Origin: Nibricoccus sp.
GTDB taxonomy: Bacteria > Verrucomicrobiota > Verrucomicrobiia > Opitutales > Opitutaceae
Direction of reading: 5' to 3'
DNA: 64,000 bases
NCBI GenBank assembly: GCA_047602425.1
Contig: JASGHG010000001.1
Location: forward strand, 32,001-96,000
Positions within the stretch are counted from its first letter, which is position 1. The number at the start of each line of letters is the position of its first letter. Both the position numbers and the translations under genes were made by a program. The notes under the pieces are model-generated. The model searched no databases. It saw only the letters and a list, made by a program, of their open reading frames with translations, and was not told where the DNA came from. Shown here one piece after another: positions 39,303 to 49,391 of the stretch.

Positions 39303-39842
39303 ATGCCCACGGTTCTCTTTATTTTGCCAGAGGGTTTTGAAGAAATCGAAGCCATCACTCCCATCGATCTGCTCCGCCGCGCAGGTGCCGAAGTCACCCT
39401 CGCCGCCCTTGGCACCAGCCCACACGTCACCGGACGTTGCAACATCACCATGCACGCGGACACGACCCTCAGCGAAGCTGGGAGCAAAACCTACGACCTG
39501 CTGGCGTTGCCCGGCGGACCCGGCGTGCTGAATCTCCGTGGCGACATGCGCGTTCGTGAGCTCGTCCAACAACAAGCCGCCGCGGGCCGCTGGGTCGCCG
39601 CGATCTGTGCGGCTCCCACCGTCCTCCATGACGCGGGTCTGCTCGAAGGCCGTCGCTATACCGCACATTCTTCCGTCGCCAAACAACTTCCCTCCCTCCT
39701 CGCCAACGAACGCGTGGTGGTTGACGGCAAAATCATCACGTCGCGCGGCGCCGGCACAGCCCTCGATTTCGGCTTCGTCTTGGTCGAAAAACTTTTTTCC
39801 GCCGAAAAAGCCCGCGAAATTTCCGCCGCCATCTGCGCCTGA
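39303..39842 (+). CDS. DJ-1/YajL family glyoxalase/deglycase
   Basis: GFEEIEA..P.DLLRRAG, LPGG.G, AAICAAP and ITSRGAGTA. Confidence 0.93.
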   Translation: MPTVLFILPEGFEEIEAITPIDLLRRAGAEVTLAALGTSPHVTGRCNITMHADTTLSEAGSKTYDLLALPGGPGVLNLRGDMRVRELVQQQAAAGRWVAAICAAPTVLHDAGLLEGRRYTAHSSVAKQLPSLLANERVVVDGKIITSRGAGTALDFGFVLVEKLFSAEKAREISAAICA

Positions 39843-39885
39843 GATAAAAAAACCCATCGGCCGTTCCGCCGCCCGCAACCCAACC

Positions 39886-39910
39886 GTTTGTCATCTAATA
39901 AATGACAAAC
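39886..39910. promoter_or_regulatory. Palindrome GTTTGTCAT-N7-ATGACAAAC (same family as the 51536 and 51612 sites)
   Basis: GTTTGTCATCTAATAAATGACAAAC; the 17-bp core matches the 51615-51631 core at 14/17 positions. Confidence 0.7.
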
Positions 39911-40160
39911 TTCCGCATCCAAAACGCTTTTGTCGGACCGTCGGGATGATTCGGCTGCGCTAAAACACGGTGGGGTTGCTGTTTATTGGATAGCAAAACC
40001 TGTCCCTAGAGCTAAATTGCATGACTAGCGGCTGCGTCCGCTAATCCCATCGCGTTTACAGCATCCTTACGACAATGAATGGCACCAGGGGGGCGTTCGC
40101 CGGTCTACCTGCGCGACCCAATCGTCCATCTCGCATGCCTCCTTGGCTGCGCTTCACCCT

Positions 40161-43100
40161 ATGCACCAGGCACCGGAACTCCAACCTTCTCCTGCAACCG
40201 CCCCTTCCGTCAGCACGAGTCCGCTCGATCCGCTTGCGCCCGCCCGCCAGCGTCTGACGAAACTTTTCGAGTTCCTCAAGGCCTACTCGGATTTGAGGTC
40301 CCCGCCGGTTCGCCACATCGCCGACCATCCTGGTTCGTTCTGGCTTGATAAATTACCCGCCCATTCGTGCGTCGAACTCTACCGCGACGTTCCACAGGCA
40401 GAGGACGATTTTGAGGGCAACGATATTGTTCTGCGGCTGCGCCGTCCCGAGACAACGCCCTGCCCCCTCCCGCCCGCCATCCTTTCGGAATGGCTCATGC
40501 CCGGCTGGAAGGATTTCGATGGACCCAGCGAGGCGCTGAGTACGCGCACCCTTACTGGAGCCGCAGGCCAGACGATTGAAGAACGTTTTCACACGGATGC
40601 TCGCCGTCCGACCGCACTACGCCAATGGCAGGAACAACGCAACCAGTGGCATATGACCGAACGCGCAGCTCGCGAGGCCCTGACGCTTTTCGAAACTGCC
40701 TACGCTTGGTATGGCGCGCAGGAACGCGAGGGCGAGCGTGTGGAACTTCTTGTCGGTGACGGCTTGTTGTGCTGCCCGGATGAAAGCGGCGAGTTCCGAC
40801 ATCCGATCTTGCTGCAAAAACTCGAACTCGAATTCTATCCCGAAAAAGCCCAGCCCGAATTCGTTTTCCGGAAACGCGAGCAATCGCCCACGCTCTACCT
40901 CGAATTTCTCCAGGCGCTCCCCGGCGCCGACGCCCAGCAAATCGGCCGTTGCGTGGACGAACAAAAACGCAGCGAGTTTTCGCCGCTCAGCGACGAGGAC
41001 ACCAATGGATTTTTCCGCCGCCTCATCCAAGGGCTGTTCCCCAGCCGCGGCCAATTCCTCACCGGCAGCGATGCGGTCCGCGCTCTGGCCAAGCCTTTTA
41101 TTCCCGGCCAGGCGCCCGTGCTCTTGCGCCAGCCCGCCATTTTCATGCGCGAGCGACGCACCGGCCCCGAGAATATTTTTAACCTCGTGCTCGAGGACAT
41201 CGCCACGCGTGACGAATTTCCGGCTTCGCTTCTGCAAATTCTGGGTTTCAACAGCCAGCCGCTCAAACCCGAACCCGCTGTCATCGGCACGGGAATTTCG
41301 GTCGGGAATGAGGACGAGACGATTCTCTTCAGCAAACCGGCCAATCGCGAACAACTCGAGATCGCCAAGCAACTCGCCAAGCGCGATTGCGTGCTCGTGC
41401 AGGGTCCGCCCGGAACCGGCAAGACCCACACCATCGCCAACCTGCTCGGACACTTCCTGGCCCAGGGCAAACGCGTGCTCGTCACCGCGCACACGCCCAA
41501 GGCCTTGCGCGTCCTCCGTCAGAAAATCGTCGAACCTCTCCAGCCGCTTTGCATCAGCGTCCTTCAAAACGACAAACAGAGCCAGGAAGAGCTGCAATCC
41601 GCAGTGCAAAAAATCCACGTTCGCCTGAGCCAGGACAGCGACTTGCTCGAACGCGATGCGCAAAATCTGCAATCCGAACGCCTGCGCATTCTGGAGGCAT
41701 TGCGCTCCGCCCGGAAGCACCTGCTCGTCGCCCGTCAGGACGAAATTTTCGAAATCACCCTCGGCGAAAAAACCTTCCGCCCCGTCGACGCCGCCCGCCT
41801 GGTCAATTCGGGTGTTGGCTCCAATGACTGGATCCCCAGTCCCGTCGAACTCGGCGCCGCGATTCCCCTTTCCCACTCGGAAATCGTCGAACTTTACCAA
41901 ACGAATGTCCGCCTTTCGCTAGAGGACGAACGCGCAATTGCCGCGTTTCGGCCCGATCCGGCCGGCCTTCCTCCACCGCACGAGTTCAAAGGCGCGATTG
42001 ACGAACTTTCTTCTATCGCCACCGACAACCTCCGCCTGCGCGACGACCTTTGGGACAATTCCCGCGAGCCAGGCGAAATCGCCGAGTTCGACCGCATGCT
42101 GGATCACGCAAGTCGAACGATCGAATTTTTACGCGACAGCACCCAGTGGCAATTGCTCGCGCTTCAAGCCGGCCGCGACGGCAAGGTCGCACGTCGCGAA
42201 TGGGAATCGCTCATCCGGCAAATCGAGTCGACATGGACCGAGGTTCACGAATGCCACACACTTGTCATGGAGCACGGTCCGATGCTCACCGATACCCGCG
42301 ATCCGCACGAACTGCTCGCCATCATCGACGAAGCCATCGCGTACCGCGAAGCCGGGCATTCGTTTGGCTTGATGACCAAGCTCACGCGTCGCAGTGCCCA
42401 CGAGCTTCAGGCTCAGGCCCGTGTCGACAACCGCCCGCTTGATCTAAATGACCTGACTCACCTGCGCGCCATCCGTGCGCTGCTGCGCATGCGCCACCTA
42501 CGCGCCGAACTTGTCCAGCGTTGGAATCGCCAGATGGCCTGCAACGGAGGACTCGCCACATCCGAGCTCAGCGATCAGCCCGAGAAGGTTTGCAAACAAT
42601 TCGTTCCGCAACTCCAGACCTGCCTCGACTGGCATACCACCGTCTGGCAACCGCTCGAAGCGGAGTTCGACCGCCTGGGTTTCATGTGGGGCAAATTTCT
42701 CAATTCCACCCCGCCCCTCGCCGGCGAAAATGCCCAGCTGCGCCGCATCCGGAAGGCCATTCTCGGCGAACTCGGCACCATTCTACAATCGCGCAGCCGC
42801 TGGCTCCGCAAACGCCAGCTCAGCACCAAGCTCGACGGCTGGCTTGAAAAACTCAAAAGCACCGGGCGTTCCGAAGCTCCAGTCACGCGCCGTTTGCGCG
42901 ACGCCGTGAAAGGCGGCCTTTTCGGCGAGTACCAAACTTCCTACCGCGAACTAATCCGGTTGAAATCCCTCGAACCCGACCTCGAGCGCCGCGCGGAGTT
43001 GCTCGATCGTCTCACCAAATCCGCCGCCGCCTGGGCCTCGGCGATCGAAAATCGTCTGCCAGTGCATGCCGCCGCGGAGCCGCCGGGCGATCCACTCCAG

Positions 43101-44789
43101 GCTTGGGAATGGCGCCAGCTCCATGACGAACTGGATCGCAGAGCCAAAGTCTCCCTCGATCAACTTCAGCAGCGCATCGAGCGCCTCACGCATCAGCTGC
43201 TCGATATCACCGCCCAAATCGTCGAAAAACGCACCTGGCTGAAACAAATTCAGCAAACCGGTGACGCCCACAAGCAGGCCCTCGGTGCGTTTTCCGCAAT
43301 GCGCAACAAGCTCACCAAAACCGGCAAAGGCGTCCGCGACGCCGAACTCCGCGCCGCCGCCCGCGACGAGATGTCGACCGCCAAGGACGCCGTGCCGGTT
43401 TGGATCATGCCCTTGGTTGAAGTTGCCGAAACCTTCGATCCGCGCCGCGCCCGCTTTGACGTCATCATTATCGACGAGGCCAGCCAGTGCGATCCCATGT
43501 CGCTCTTCGCGCTCTACCTCGGTAAGCAGGCCATTGTCGTCGGCGACGACGAACAGGTCACACCCGTAGCCGTGGGCGTCGATGCGAGCGAGATCAGCAA
43601 GCTCATTCGCGTCTTCCTCGATTCCGTTCCGCATAAGGAGCTCTACGATGGCGAAACCTCGGTCTACGAACTCGCCCAGATTGCCTTCGGCGGCGTCATT
43701 CGCCTGACCGAGCATTTCCGCTGCGCGCCTGACATCATCGCCTTCAGCAACAGCCTCTCCTACAAAGGCGAGGTCAAGCCGTTGCGCGAAACCTCCATCA
43801 TCCCGCTCACACCGCACGTTGTCGCCCACCACGTCAAAGACGGTCGCGATACCGGCGAAAATCTCAACGACGCCGAAGCCGAGGCCGTGGCCTCGCTCAT
43901 CTGCGCGGCGATCGAACAGCCCGAATACGCGCGCAACGAGTCCGGCGAGCCCATGACGTTTGGTGTGGTCTCGTTGGTTGGTGACAAGCAAGCGCTCAAG
44001 ATCGATAGTCTCCTGCGCCAGCGCCTGGAACCCAGCGAATACCGCCGCCGCCAGATTCTCTGCGGCGACTCCGCCCAGTTCCAAGGCGACGAACGTGACG
44101 TCATGTTCCTTTCCGTCGTCGACGCGCCGCCCAGTCAGCCACCGCTCGCCCTCCGTCAAGAAGGGCCGAAGAAGATCTTCAAAAAGCGCTTCAACGTCGC
44201 CGCCAGCCGCGCCCGCAACCAGATGTGGGTCGTTCACTCGCTCAATCCCGCGATCGATCTTCAGCCGACGGACTATCGCCGCCGCGTGATCGAACACGCA
44301 CTCGATCCGAAAGCGTGGGAACGCGATCTCAAGAAACGTACGCGCAATGAAAACCGTCCACGTTACCTCGAAGACGGCGTACGCCAGCGCCTGATCGAAT
44401 ACGGCTACAACGTCACGCCGCAGTACCAAGCCGGCGCGTACTTGATCGATCTCGTGGTCGTTGGCGAAAACGCCCGCCTCGCCATCGAATGCGACGGCGA
44501 ACGCTTCCACAGCCCCGAAAAACTTCAGGAAGACCTGGAACGCCAGGCCGTGCTCGAACGGCTTGGTTGGACCTTCGTGCGCGTCCGCGGCAGTCTTTTC
44601 TTCCGCGACGAAACACGCGCGCTTGAACCCGTCTTCCGTCGCCTGCAGGAGCTAAAGATCGAACCAATCCGCCCCGACAAGTTCGTTCCCTCGCCCGCGG
44701 CCGATCAGACCGTCAACAAAATCGTCCATCGCGCCGAGCAACTCCGCCATCTCTGGTCCGCCCAGACCTCCCACCGGTCCAAGGCATGA
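40161..44789 (+). CDS. Superfamily 1 (UPF1/DNA2-like) helicase with C-terminal Vsr/DUF559/MTES_1575-like endonuclease
   Basis: GPPGTGKT, IIDEASQ, GDDEQ, EHFRC, FQGDERD and RFNVAASRAR; C-terminal IDLVV...LAIECDG..FH...D..RQ..LERLGW.F.R. Confidence 0.92.
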   Translation: MHQAPELQPSPATAPSVSTSPLDPLAPARQRLTKLFEFLKAYSDLRSPPVRHIADHPGSFWLDKLPAHSCVELYRDVPQAEDDFEGNDIVLRLRRPETTPCPLPPAILSEWLMPGWKDFDGPSEALSTRTLTGAAGQTIEERFHTDARRPTALRQWQEQRNQWHMTERAAREALTLFETAYAWYGAQEREGERVELLVGDGLLCCPDESGEFRHPILLQKLELEFYPEKAQPEFVFRKREQSPTLYLEFLQALPGADAQQIGRCVDEQKRSEFSPLSDEDTNGFFRRLIQGLFPSRGQFLTGSDAVRALAKPFIPGQAPVLLRQPAIFMRERRTGPENIFNLVLEDIATRDEFPASLLQILGFNSQPLKPEPAVIGTGISVGNEDETILFSKPANREQLEIAKQLAKRDCVLVQGPPGTGKTHTIANLLGHFLAQGKRVLVTAHTPKALRVLRQKIVEPLQPLCISVLQNDKQSQEELQSAVQKIHVRLSQDSDLLERDAQNLQSERLRILEALRSARKHLLVARQDEIFEITLGEKTFRPVDAARLVNSGVGSNDWIPSPVELGAAIPLSHSEIVELYQTNVRLSLEDERAIAAFRPDPAGLPPPHEFKGAIDELSSIATDNLRLRDDLWDNSREPGEIAEFDRMLDHASRTIEFLRDSTQWQLLALQAGRDGKVARREWESLIRQIESTWTEVHECHTLVMEHGPMLTDTRDPHELLAIIDEAIAYREAGHSFGLMTKLTRRSAHELQAQARVDNRPLDLNDLTHLRAIRALLRMRHLRAELVQRWNRQMACNGGLATSELSDQPEKVCKQFVPQLQTCLDWHTTVWQPLEAEFDRLGFMWGKFLNSTPPLAGENAQLRRIRKAILGELGTILQSRSRWLRKRQLSTKLDGWLEKLKSTGRSEAPVTRRLRDAVKGGLFGEYQTSYRELIRLKSLEPDLERRAELLDRLTKSAAAWASAIENRLPVHAAAEPPGDPLQAWEWRQLHDELDRRAKVSLDQLQQRIERLTHQLLDITAQIVEKRTWLKQIQQTGDAHKQALGAFSAMRNKLTKTGKGVRDAELRAAARDEMSTAKDAVPVWIMPLVEVAETFDPRRARFDVIIIDEASQCDPMSLFALYLGKQAIVVGDDEQVTPVAVGVDASEISKLIRVFLDSVPHKELYDGETSVYELAQIAFGGVIRLTEHFRCAPDIIAFSNSLSYKGEVKPLRETSIIPLTPHVVAHHVKDGRDTGENLNDAEAEAVASLICAAIEQPEYARNESGEPMTFGVVSLVGDKQALKIDSLLRQRLEPSEYRRRQILCGDSAQFQGDERDVMFLSVVDAPPSQPPLALRQEGPKKIFKKRFNVAASRARNQMWVVHSLNPAIDLQPTDYRRRVIEHALDPKAWERDLKKRTRNENRPRYLEDGVRQRLIEYGYNVTPQYQAGAYLIDLVVVGENARLAIECDGERFHSPEKLQEDLERQAVLERLGWTFVRVRGSLFFRDETRALEPVFRRLQELKIEPIRPDKFVPSPAADQTVNKIVHRAEQLRHLWSAQTSHRSKA

Positions 44790-44968
44790 TCCAAAACGCA
44801 GGCCTGACCTCGCCGTCAGGCCTTCCCTGCGTCAAAAACGCCGTAAGACCGGCGCGTCGGGTCGGTTAAGATCGCGCGCCGCCGACGGCGGCTGGCATTG
44901 AGTTCTCGTTTGCCTCAGCGGGGTTTCCCGTGCGAAGAGAACGTCGCAATGTCGTCTAACGTTCTGCG

Positions 44969-45733
44969 ATGAATTCCTCAATCACGCGTTCCTTTAGCTG
45001 GTCACTCGCCCTTCATGTGTCGTGCTGTGCCCTCCTGTGTATTGTGATAGCCCGTCCTCAACACGAATTTATCCCCGCCGTAACACCGCGCGATATCTTC
45101 CGGCTGGTTCCTTCCTCTGAAGCCGTTTCAAATCCAGGTCCCTCCAGCGACACAGCTCCGACCGTGCGCATACCAGAATTGCCAAGAATCAAAATCTCGC
45201 CCGCCGCAGACAACAGCCAACCGCAAACCTCTGCCCAGCCGACACGTTCGGTTTCACAGGCGAACGCGCCGATTGCGTCTACGCAGTCTCAACGCGTCAG
45301 CTTTGATCGATATCGGAGGATGCACGGGCTTTCAAATGGTTCACCCCGAAAACCTATACCAGTTGCCAACTCCAATGGTCGAAGGATCAATGTTGCAGAC
45401 TTTGCTTACAATGGAACAGCCACGACCGCCCCTTCGTCTTCCGACTCGGTAAATTCGTCGGAACTCAACGAGAACTTCATTTCGGGTCTGCTTTTTGAGT
45501 TAAAACGAAGCTACGCCGGTCGCGAAGCCGGTTTCGCCGGGTTGAGCGTGGAGGTCGAATTTGTGCTGGGGCCAAACGGCCGCTTAAAAACTTCGCAGCT
45601 CCTCACCTCCTCCGGACAAGCCGAATTTGATCAAGCAGTATTGGAGGCCCTGCAACACGTCCAGCTGGTCAATTGTCCTGCCGACGCCGCGGGGCGGCGC
45701 TTCAAAACCCGATTCGTTATATCTAATCCTTGA
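44969..45733 (+). CDS. TonB/TolA-like protein (N-terminal TM, Pro/Ser linker, TonB C-terminal domain)
   Basis: SLALH TM motif; C-terminal VEFVL..NG.......SSG..EFDQAVL.A. Confidence 0.8.
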   Translation: MNSSITRSFSWSLALHVSCCALLCIVIARPQHEFIPAVTPRDIFRLVPSSEAVSNPGPSSDTAPTVRIPELPRIKISPAADNSQPQTSAQPTRSVSQANAPIASTQSQRVSFDRYRRMHGLSNGSPRKPIPVANSNGRRINVADFAYNGTATTAPSSSDSVNSSELNENFISGLLFELKRSYAGREAGFAGLSVEVEFVLGPNGRLKTSQLLTSSGQAEFDQAVLEALQHVQLVNCPADAAGRRFKTRFVISNP

Positions 45734-46292
45734 GCGGCTGGCGCTCCTTTGCCGCAACGTCGTCGATCCAAGTCCTATCCACCAAAAACCTCCAAGGTTT
45801 CGTCGTCCAGATCGGTCCGGCGTAGTCGATGCCGACGCGTGGCGACGTTTGTATCCGTTTTTTGGGCACAATTCTTCCATCGTTCTCCACGTGAAGGCCC
45901 ACCGCTGGTTCGGCCAAGAGTCCATTGAGCTTCCGATCGATTCCCAGTCGCTTCGTCAGCCGGCCCGGACCGCTCACGTCGTGCAAGCCACGAATCAATA
46001 CCGCCGCGGGAAATCCTTCGGGCCCCATGACCAGATTCAGCATCTCGTGCACGCCATAACAAAAATACACGTACCAAATTCCGCCAGGACGAAACATGAC
46101 CTCGGTGCGCGCCGTGCGGCCTTTGCTGGCGTGACACGCCTTATCCTCCGGGCCGTTGTATGCCTCCGTTTCGGTGATGATGTGCCGCGAAATCTCGCCG
46201 TTCGCTCGCGTGCGCACGAGCGTTTTGCCCAACAGCCAAGGCGCAAACACAACCGCATCCTTGGTGGCAAAAAATTCCGGTGGTACGATCAT
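45723..46292 (-). CDS. DNA-3-methyladenine glycosylase (MPG/AAG family)
   Basis: ETEAY.G.ED.ACH, YVY..YG.H.MLN.V, AAVLIR, GPGRLT, RVGI and PWRF. Confidence 0.93.
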   Translation of the reverse strand: MIVPPEFFATKDAVVFAPWLLGKTLVRTRANGEISRHIITETEAYNGPEDKACHASKGRTARTEVMFRPGGIWYVYFCYGVHEMLNLVMGPEGFPAAVLIRGLHDVSGPGRLTKRLGIDRKLNGLLAEPAVGLHVENDGRIVPKKRIQTSPRVGIDYAGPIWTTKPWRFLVDRTWIDDVAAKERQPLKD

Positions 46293-46490
46293 ATTTTATC
46301 ACGAATAGAAAACGGGACCGTCGCCTTCTAGCAACCTCACAGAACTTGAAAGACAAAAGATCGCAAAGTACCGCGAAAAACTCCGCCGCGGCTTCGTGCT
46401 TTGTGCTCGGTCAGGGGAACTCGCATGAAAAGTGTTTTCTCTTTTTGCGTCTTTTATGCCTTTTTGTGGCCAACTTCACATAACCGTTTG

Positions 46491-47402
46491 ATGACGCCCA
46501 CGCTTTACACCCTCACGGGCAACCTGCTCTGGGAACGCACGCTGGAATTCGCCAGTTGGGCGCCCGGCAAAACCCAGCGCGCCCGCGCTTCGTCGTTTCA
46601 AGTCGGCGGCAAGGGCATCAACGTCGCGCGCATGCTCGCGCGGCTCGGCGCGCCGACCGAGGCTTTGTGCTTTGCCGGTGGTTCGACCGGTGCCGACTGC
46701 ACCGCTTGGCTGCGCGAGAAAAACATTCCGCACCGCGTTTTTGCGAACAGCGAAGCTACGCGCACCGGCACCGTGATTCGGTCTCCGGGCCAGCCGGAAA
46801 CGACGTTTTTCAGTCCCGATGTCGCCCCCGATGCGCAAGCCTGGGCTGCCTGCACTGCGTTCATCGATCAACTTCCGGCAAATAGCGTGCTGGCGCTCTG
46901 CGGCAGTTTCCCTGGGTGGACCACGACCTCCGCCGATTCTTTGCGTAGTGCGCTTTCGCGCTTCGCCGCTCGCGCCACGCTGGTCGCCGACACCTACGGC
47001 CCTCCGCTCGACTGGGCCGTTTCACAACCGATCGCCCTCGTGAAAATCAATCGCGAGGAGTTCGATGCGTTGGCGCCGAATTCCACCGCTACCGAACCAT
47101 TCGACAAAAGGATCGCCACTCTGTCCACCAGTTCGGCAGTCCGCACTTGGATCGTGACCGACGGCGAAAAACCCGTGTGGCTCGTGGAAAAAGGCGCCGC
47201 GCCGCGCTCGTTTACGCCGCCCGCCATCGAAACAATTTCTCCCACCGGTTCCGGCGATGTTTTGCTCGCCTGCCTGCTTCATGGTCGCCATCATCGAGGC
47301 CTCTCTCCGAGCGACGCGCTCGCCTACGCTCTGCCTTATGCCGCTGCGAACGCCGCGCATCCCGGCGTTGCGGATTTTAACTTGAACAATCTTCCCCACT
47401 AA
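46491..47402 (+). CDS. PfkB family 1-phosphofructokinase-like kinase
   Basis: GGKGINVARML, KINREE, VTDG and PTGSGD. Confidence 0.88.
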   Translation: MTPTLYTLTGNLLWERTLEFASWAPGKTQRARASSFQVGGKGINVARMLARLGAPTEALCFAGGSTGADCTAWLREKNIPHRVFANSEATRTGTVIRSPGQPETTFFSPDVAPDAQAWAACTAFIDQLPANSVLALCGSFPGWTTTSADSLRSALSRFAARATLVADTYGPPLDWAVSQPIALVKINREEFDALAPNSTATEPFDKRIATLSTSSAVRTWIVTDGEKPVWLVEKGAAPRSFTPPAIETISPTGSGDVLLACLLHGRHHRGLSPSDALAYALPYAAANAAHPGVADFNLNNLPH

Positions 47403-47425
47403 CGGTCTGTCCTGCACTAAACACC

Positions 47426-48115
47426 ATGAAACGAACCATTATCATTCTTGTCATCCTCGCGCTCGGCATTGGCGGAGGCGCCTATATTTACCAGTCCAAC
47501 AAGGCGGAACGCGAACGCGAGTTGGCCGAACGCAGAGCCGCTTTCGAAAAAAACGAACAAGCCCGCCGCGCCGAGGAAGCCCGCAAGAAAGCCGAGGCCG
47601 AAGCTGAAGCGCAGCGTCTCGCCGAAGCGCGCAAAAAAGCTGAAGAAGAAGCCGCTGCGAAGGAGCAGGAACGCCTCCGTGCCGAGCAGGCGGCTGCCGA
47701 AGCCGCCCGCCTCGCCGCCGAAGAAGAGGCCAAACGTCAGGAAGCCGAGCGCCAACGTCTCGCCTTGGAGAAATTAAAAGCTACGGAGGAAGCCAAAGCC
47801 GAACAGGCTCGTCGCGAGAAGGCCGCCGCCGAGGCTGAGGCCGCTCGCATCGCCGCTCTCGAAGAAGTTGCGCGCCTCGAACGTGAAAAAAAGGAAGCTG
47901 CCGACCGCGAAGCAGCCCGCCTCGCCGCCTTGAAACGCCAGCAGGAACTGGAAGCGGCCGAAGCGCAGAACAAAATTCCGGTCATTCAGCGCTCGATCAT
48001 GCCCTCCGACTACAAACGCCGCGAGCACTACTACCTCAATGTTGAGATGGAAAACGAACAGAACAGAAAAACGCCCACTCGCCCGCAACCGGCGGCCAAG
48101 AGCACCGCTCCCTAA
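47426..48115 (+). CDS. Membrane-anchored coiled-coil (TolA-like Ala/Glu/Arg-rich) protein
   Basis: N-terminal TM followed by a long EAARK-type helix. Confidence 0.75.
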   Translation: MKRTIIILVILALGIGGGAYIYQSNKAERERELAERRAAFEKNEQARRAEEARKKAEAEAEAQRLAEARKKAEEEAAAKEQERLRAEQAAAEAARLAAEEEAKRQEAERQRLALEKLKATEEAKAEQARREKAAAEAEAARIAALEEVARLEREKKEAADREAARLAALKRQQELEAAEAQNKIPVIQRSIMPSDYKRREHYYLNVEMENEQNRKTPTRPQPAAKSTAP

Positions 48116-48146
48116 CCCCTTCAATTAGCGCCACTCCCACGTTCTA

Positions 48147-48188
48147 ACGGCCGTCCTGCAAGCCTGCGTGACGGCCGTGTTTATTTTT
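48147..48188 (+). terminator. Probable terminator hairpin
   Basis: ACGGCCGTC...GACGGCCGT followed by a T-rich tract. Confidence 0.55.
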
Positions 48189-48243
48189 CCCAAATAGGAC
48201 TTGCTTCGGCGCGATAAAAAACTCTTAGTTCGCGGTTTTATTT

Positions 48244-48558
48244 ATGAAAGCGACCATCAAAACCCAAGGCCAGCAGTTCGCTGTATCCGAGGGCGACATC
48301 TTAATCGTTAACCGCTACCAGAACTCCGTGGCCGGCTCGACCGTCCAGATCAACGAAGTCCTCTCGGCTGGCGAAGGTGAAAATTTCAAAGTCGGCTCGC
48401 CCACCATCGACGGCGCCAGCGTGACTGCCACCATCCTTGAAAACAAGCGTGGCAAGAAAGTCATCGTCTTCAAGAAACGGAAACGTAAGGGCATGGAGCG
48501 CAAGCAAGGCCATCGCCAGGACTTGTCCGTCATCAAAATCGAATCCATTAACGCTTAA
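48244..48558 (+). CDS. rplU: 50S ribosomal protein L21
   Basis: [12 protein letters not shown] and KKVIVFK.....G..RKQGHRQ. Confidence 0.97.
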   Translation: MKATIKTQGQQFAVSEGDILIVNRYQNSVAGSTVQINEVLSAGEGENFKVGSPTIDGASVTATILENKRGKKVIVFKKRKRKGMERKQGHRQDLSVIKIESINA

Positions 48559-48572
48559 GGAGTACATTCACC

Positions 48573-48812
48573 ATGGCGCACAAAAAAGGTCAGGGAACAT
48601 CAAGCAACGGCCGCGATAGCGCTTCACAACGTCTCGGCGTTAAGAAGTTCGGCGGTCAGGAAGTCGTCGCCGGCAACATCCTCGTTCGCCAACGCGGCAC
48701 CAAGATCCACGCCGGCCGCAACGTCGGCACGGGTCGTGACTGGACGCTCTTCGCCCTCAAGGACGGCACCGTCAAATACGACAAGGTTCATCGCCGCGTC
48801 GAGATCGTCTGA
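48573..48812 (+). CDS. rpmA: 50S ribosomal protein L27
   Basis: [31 protein letters not shown] and GRDWTLFAL. Confidence 0.98.
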   Translation: MAHKKGQGTSSNGRDSASQRLGVKKFGGQEVVAGNILVRQRGTKIHAGRNVGTGRDWTLFALKDGTVKYDKVHRRVEIV

Positions 48813-48836
48813 ACCAACAGACAACGTTAAACTTTC

Positions 48837-48870
48837 AAAACGCAGCCTTTACCGGCTGCGTTTTTTCTTT
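48837..48870 (+). terminator. Intrinsic terminator of rplU-rpmA
   Basis: AAAACGCAGCC-TTTACC-GGCTGCGTTTTTT. Confidence 0.88.
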
Positions 48871-48907
48871 TTCATCATCCGCGCACCGCAAGCCGATAAA
48901 CACCCCG

Positions 48908-49303
48908 ATGCCCAATCGTCTGCCGGAACTTCTGCGCCAACGCGCCCTTCTTCAAGAGCATCTCGCCTGGTTGGACCGCGAAATCGCCGCAGAACAAGGT
49001 TCACCAACTGCGAAATCCACATCGGAACTGAAATCGGTTCCGACCGCTGTGCTGTCCATCCCAACCGCCCGCCCGGCCGCTCCGGCAAGTACGCCTACCG
49101 CCACGACGACACCGCCTCCGCTGCCGGAAAATCCCACGGATCTGGATAAAATCGTAGCCCAATATCGCCGGGATCCCGGTTCGCTCACCCAAGATACGAG
49201 ACGGGGTTGCCTGATGATTTTTTGGATCGGTTTGGCAACCGTGTTGCTGATTTCAGGCATCGTTTACTGGTTGTATGCCCGCCACCTAGGACGGTGGTGG
49301 TGA
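48908..49303 (+). CDS. Hypothetical protein with N-terminal coiled segment, Pro/Thr linker and C-terminal TM
   Basis: L.EL.RQRALLQEHLAWLDREIA and RRGC preceding a TM segment. Confidence 0.75.
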   Translation: MPNRLPELLRQRALLQEHLAWLDREIAAEQGSPTAKSTSELKSVPTAVLSIPTARPAAPASTPTATTTPPPLPENPTDLDKIVAQYRRDPGSLTQDTRRGCLMIFWIGLATVLLISGIVYWLYARHLGRWW

Positions 49304-49391
49304 GGTAAGTTGCGACAGGGATTTTTCGCGTCGCAGCTTTTAAGGAAATTCGCCGAACCACGGAGAAAACCTCGGGTCTAGCCGAGAGATT

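Noticed and set aside
39285..39878. N-terminal extension of the epimerase ORF suggesting a fusion
   Set aside because: It is the antisense of the DJ-1 gene; the Rossmann motif begins just after ATG 39284.
42951..44510. 519-aa minus-strand ORF
   Set aside because: Antisense shadow of the helicase gene; no motifs.
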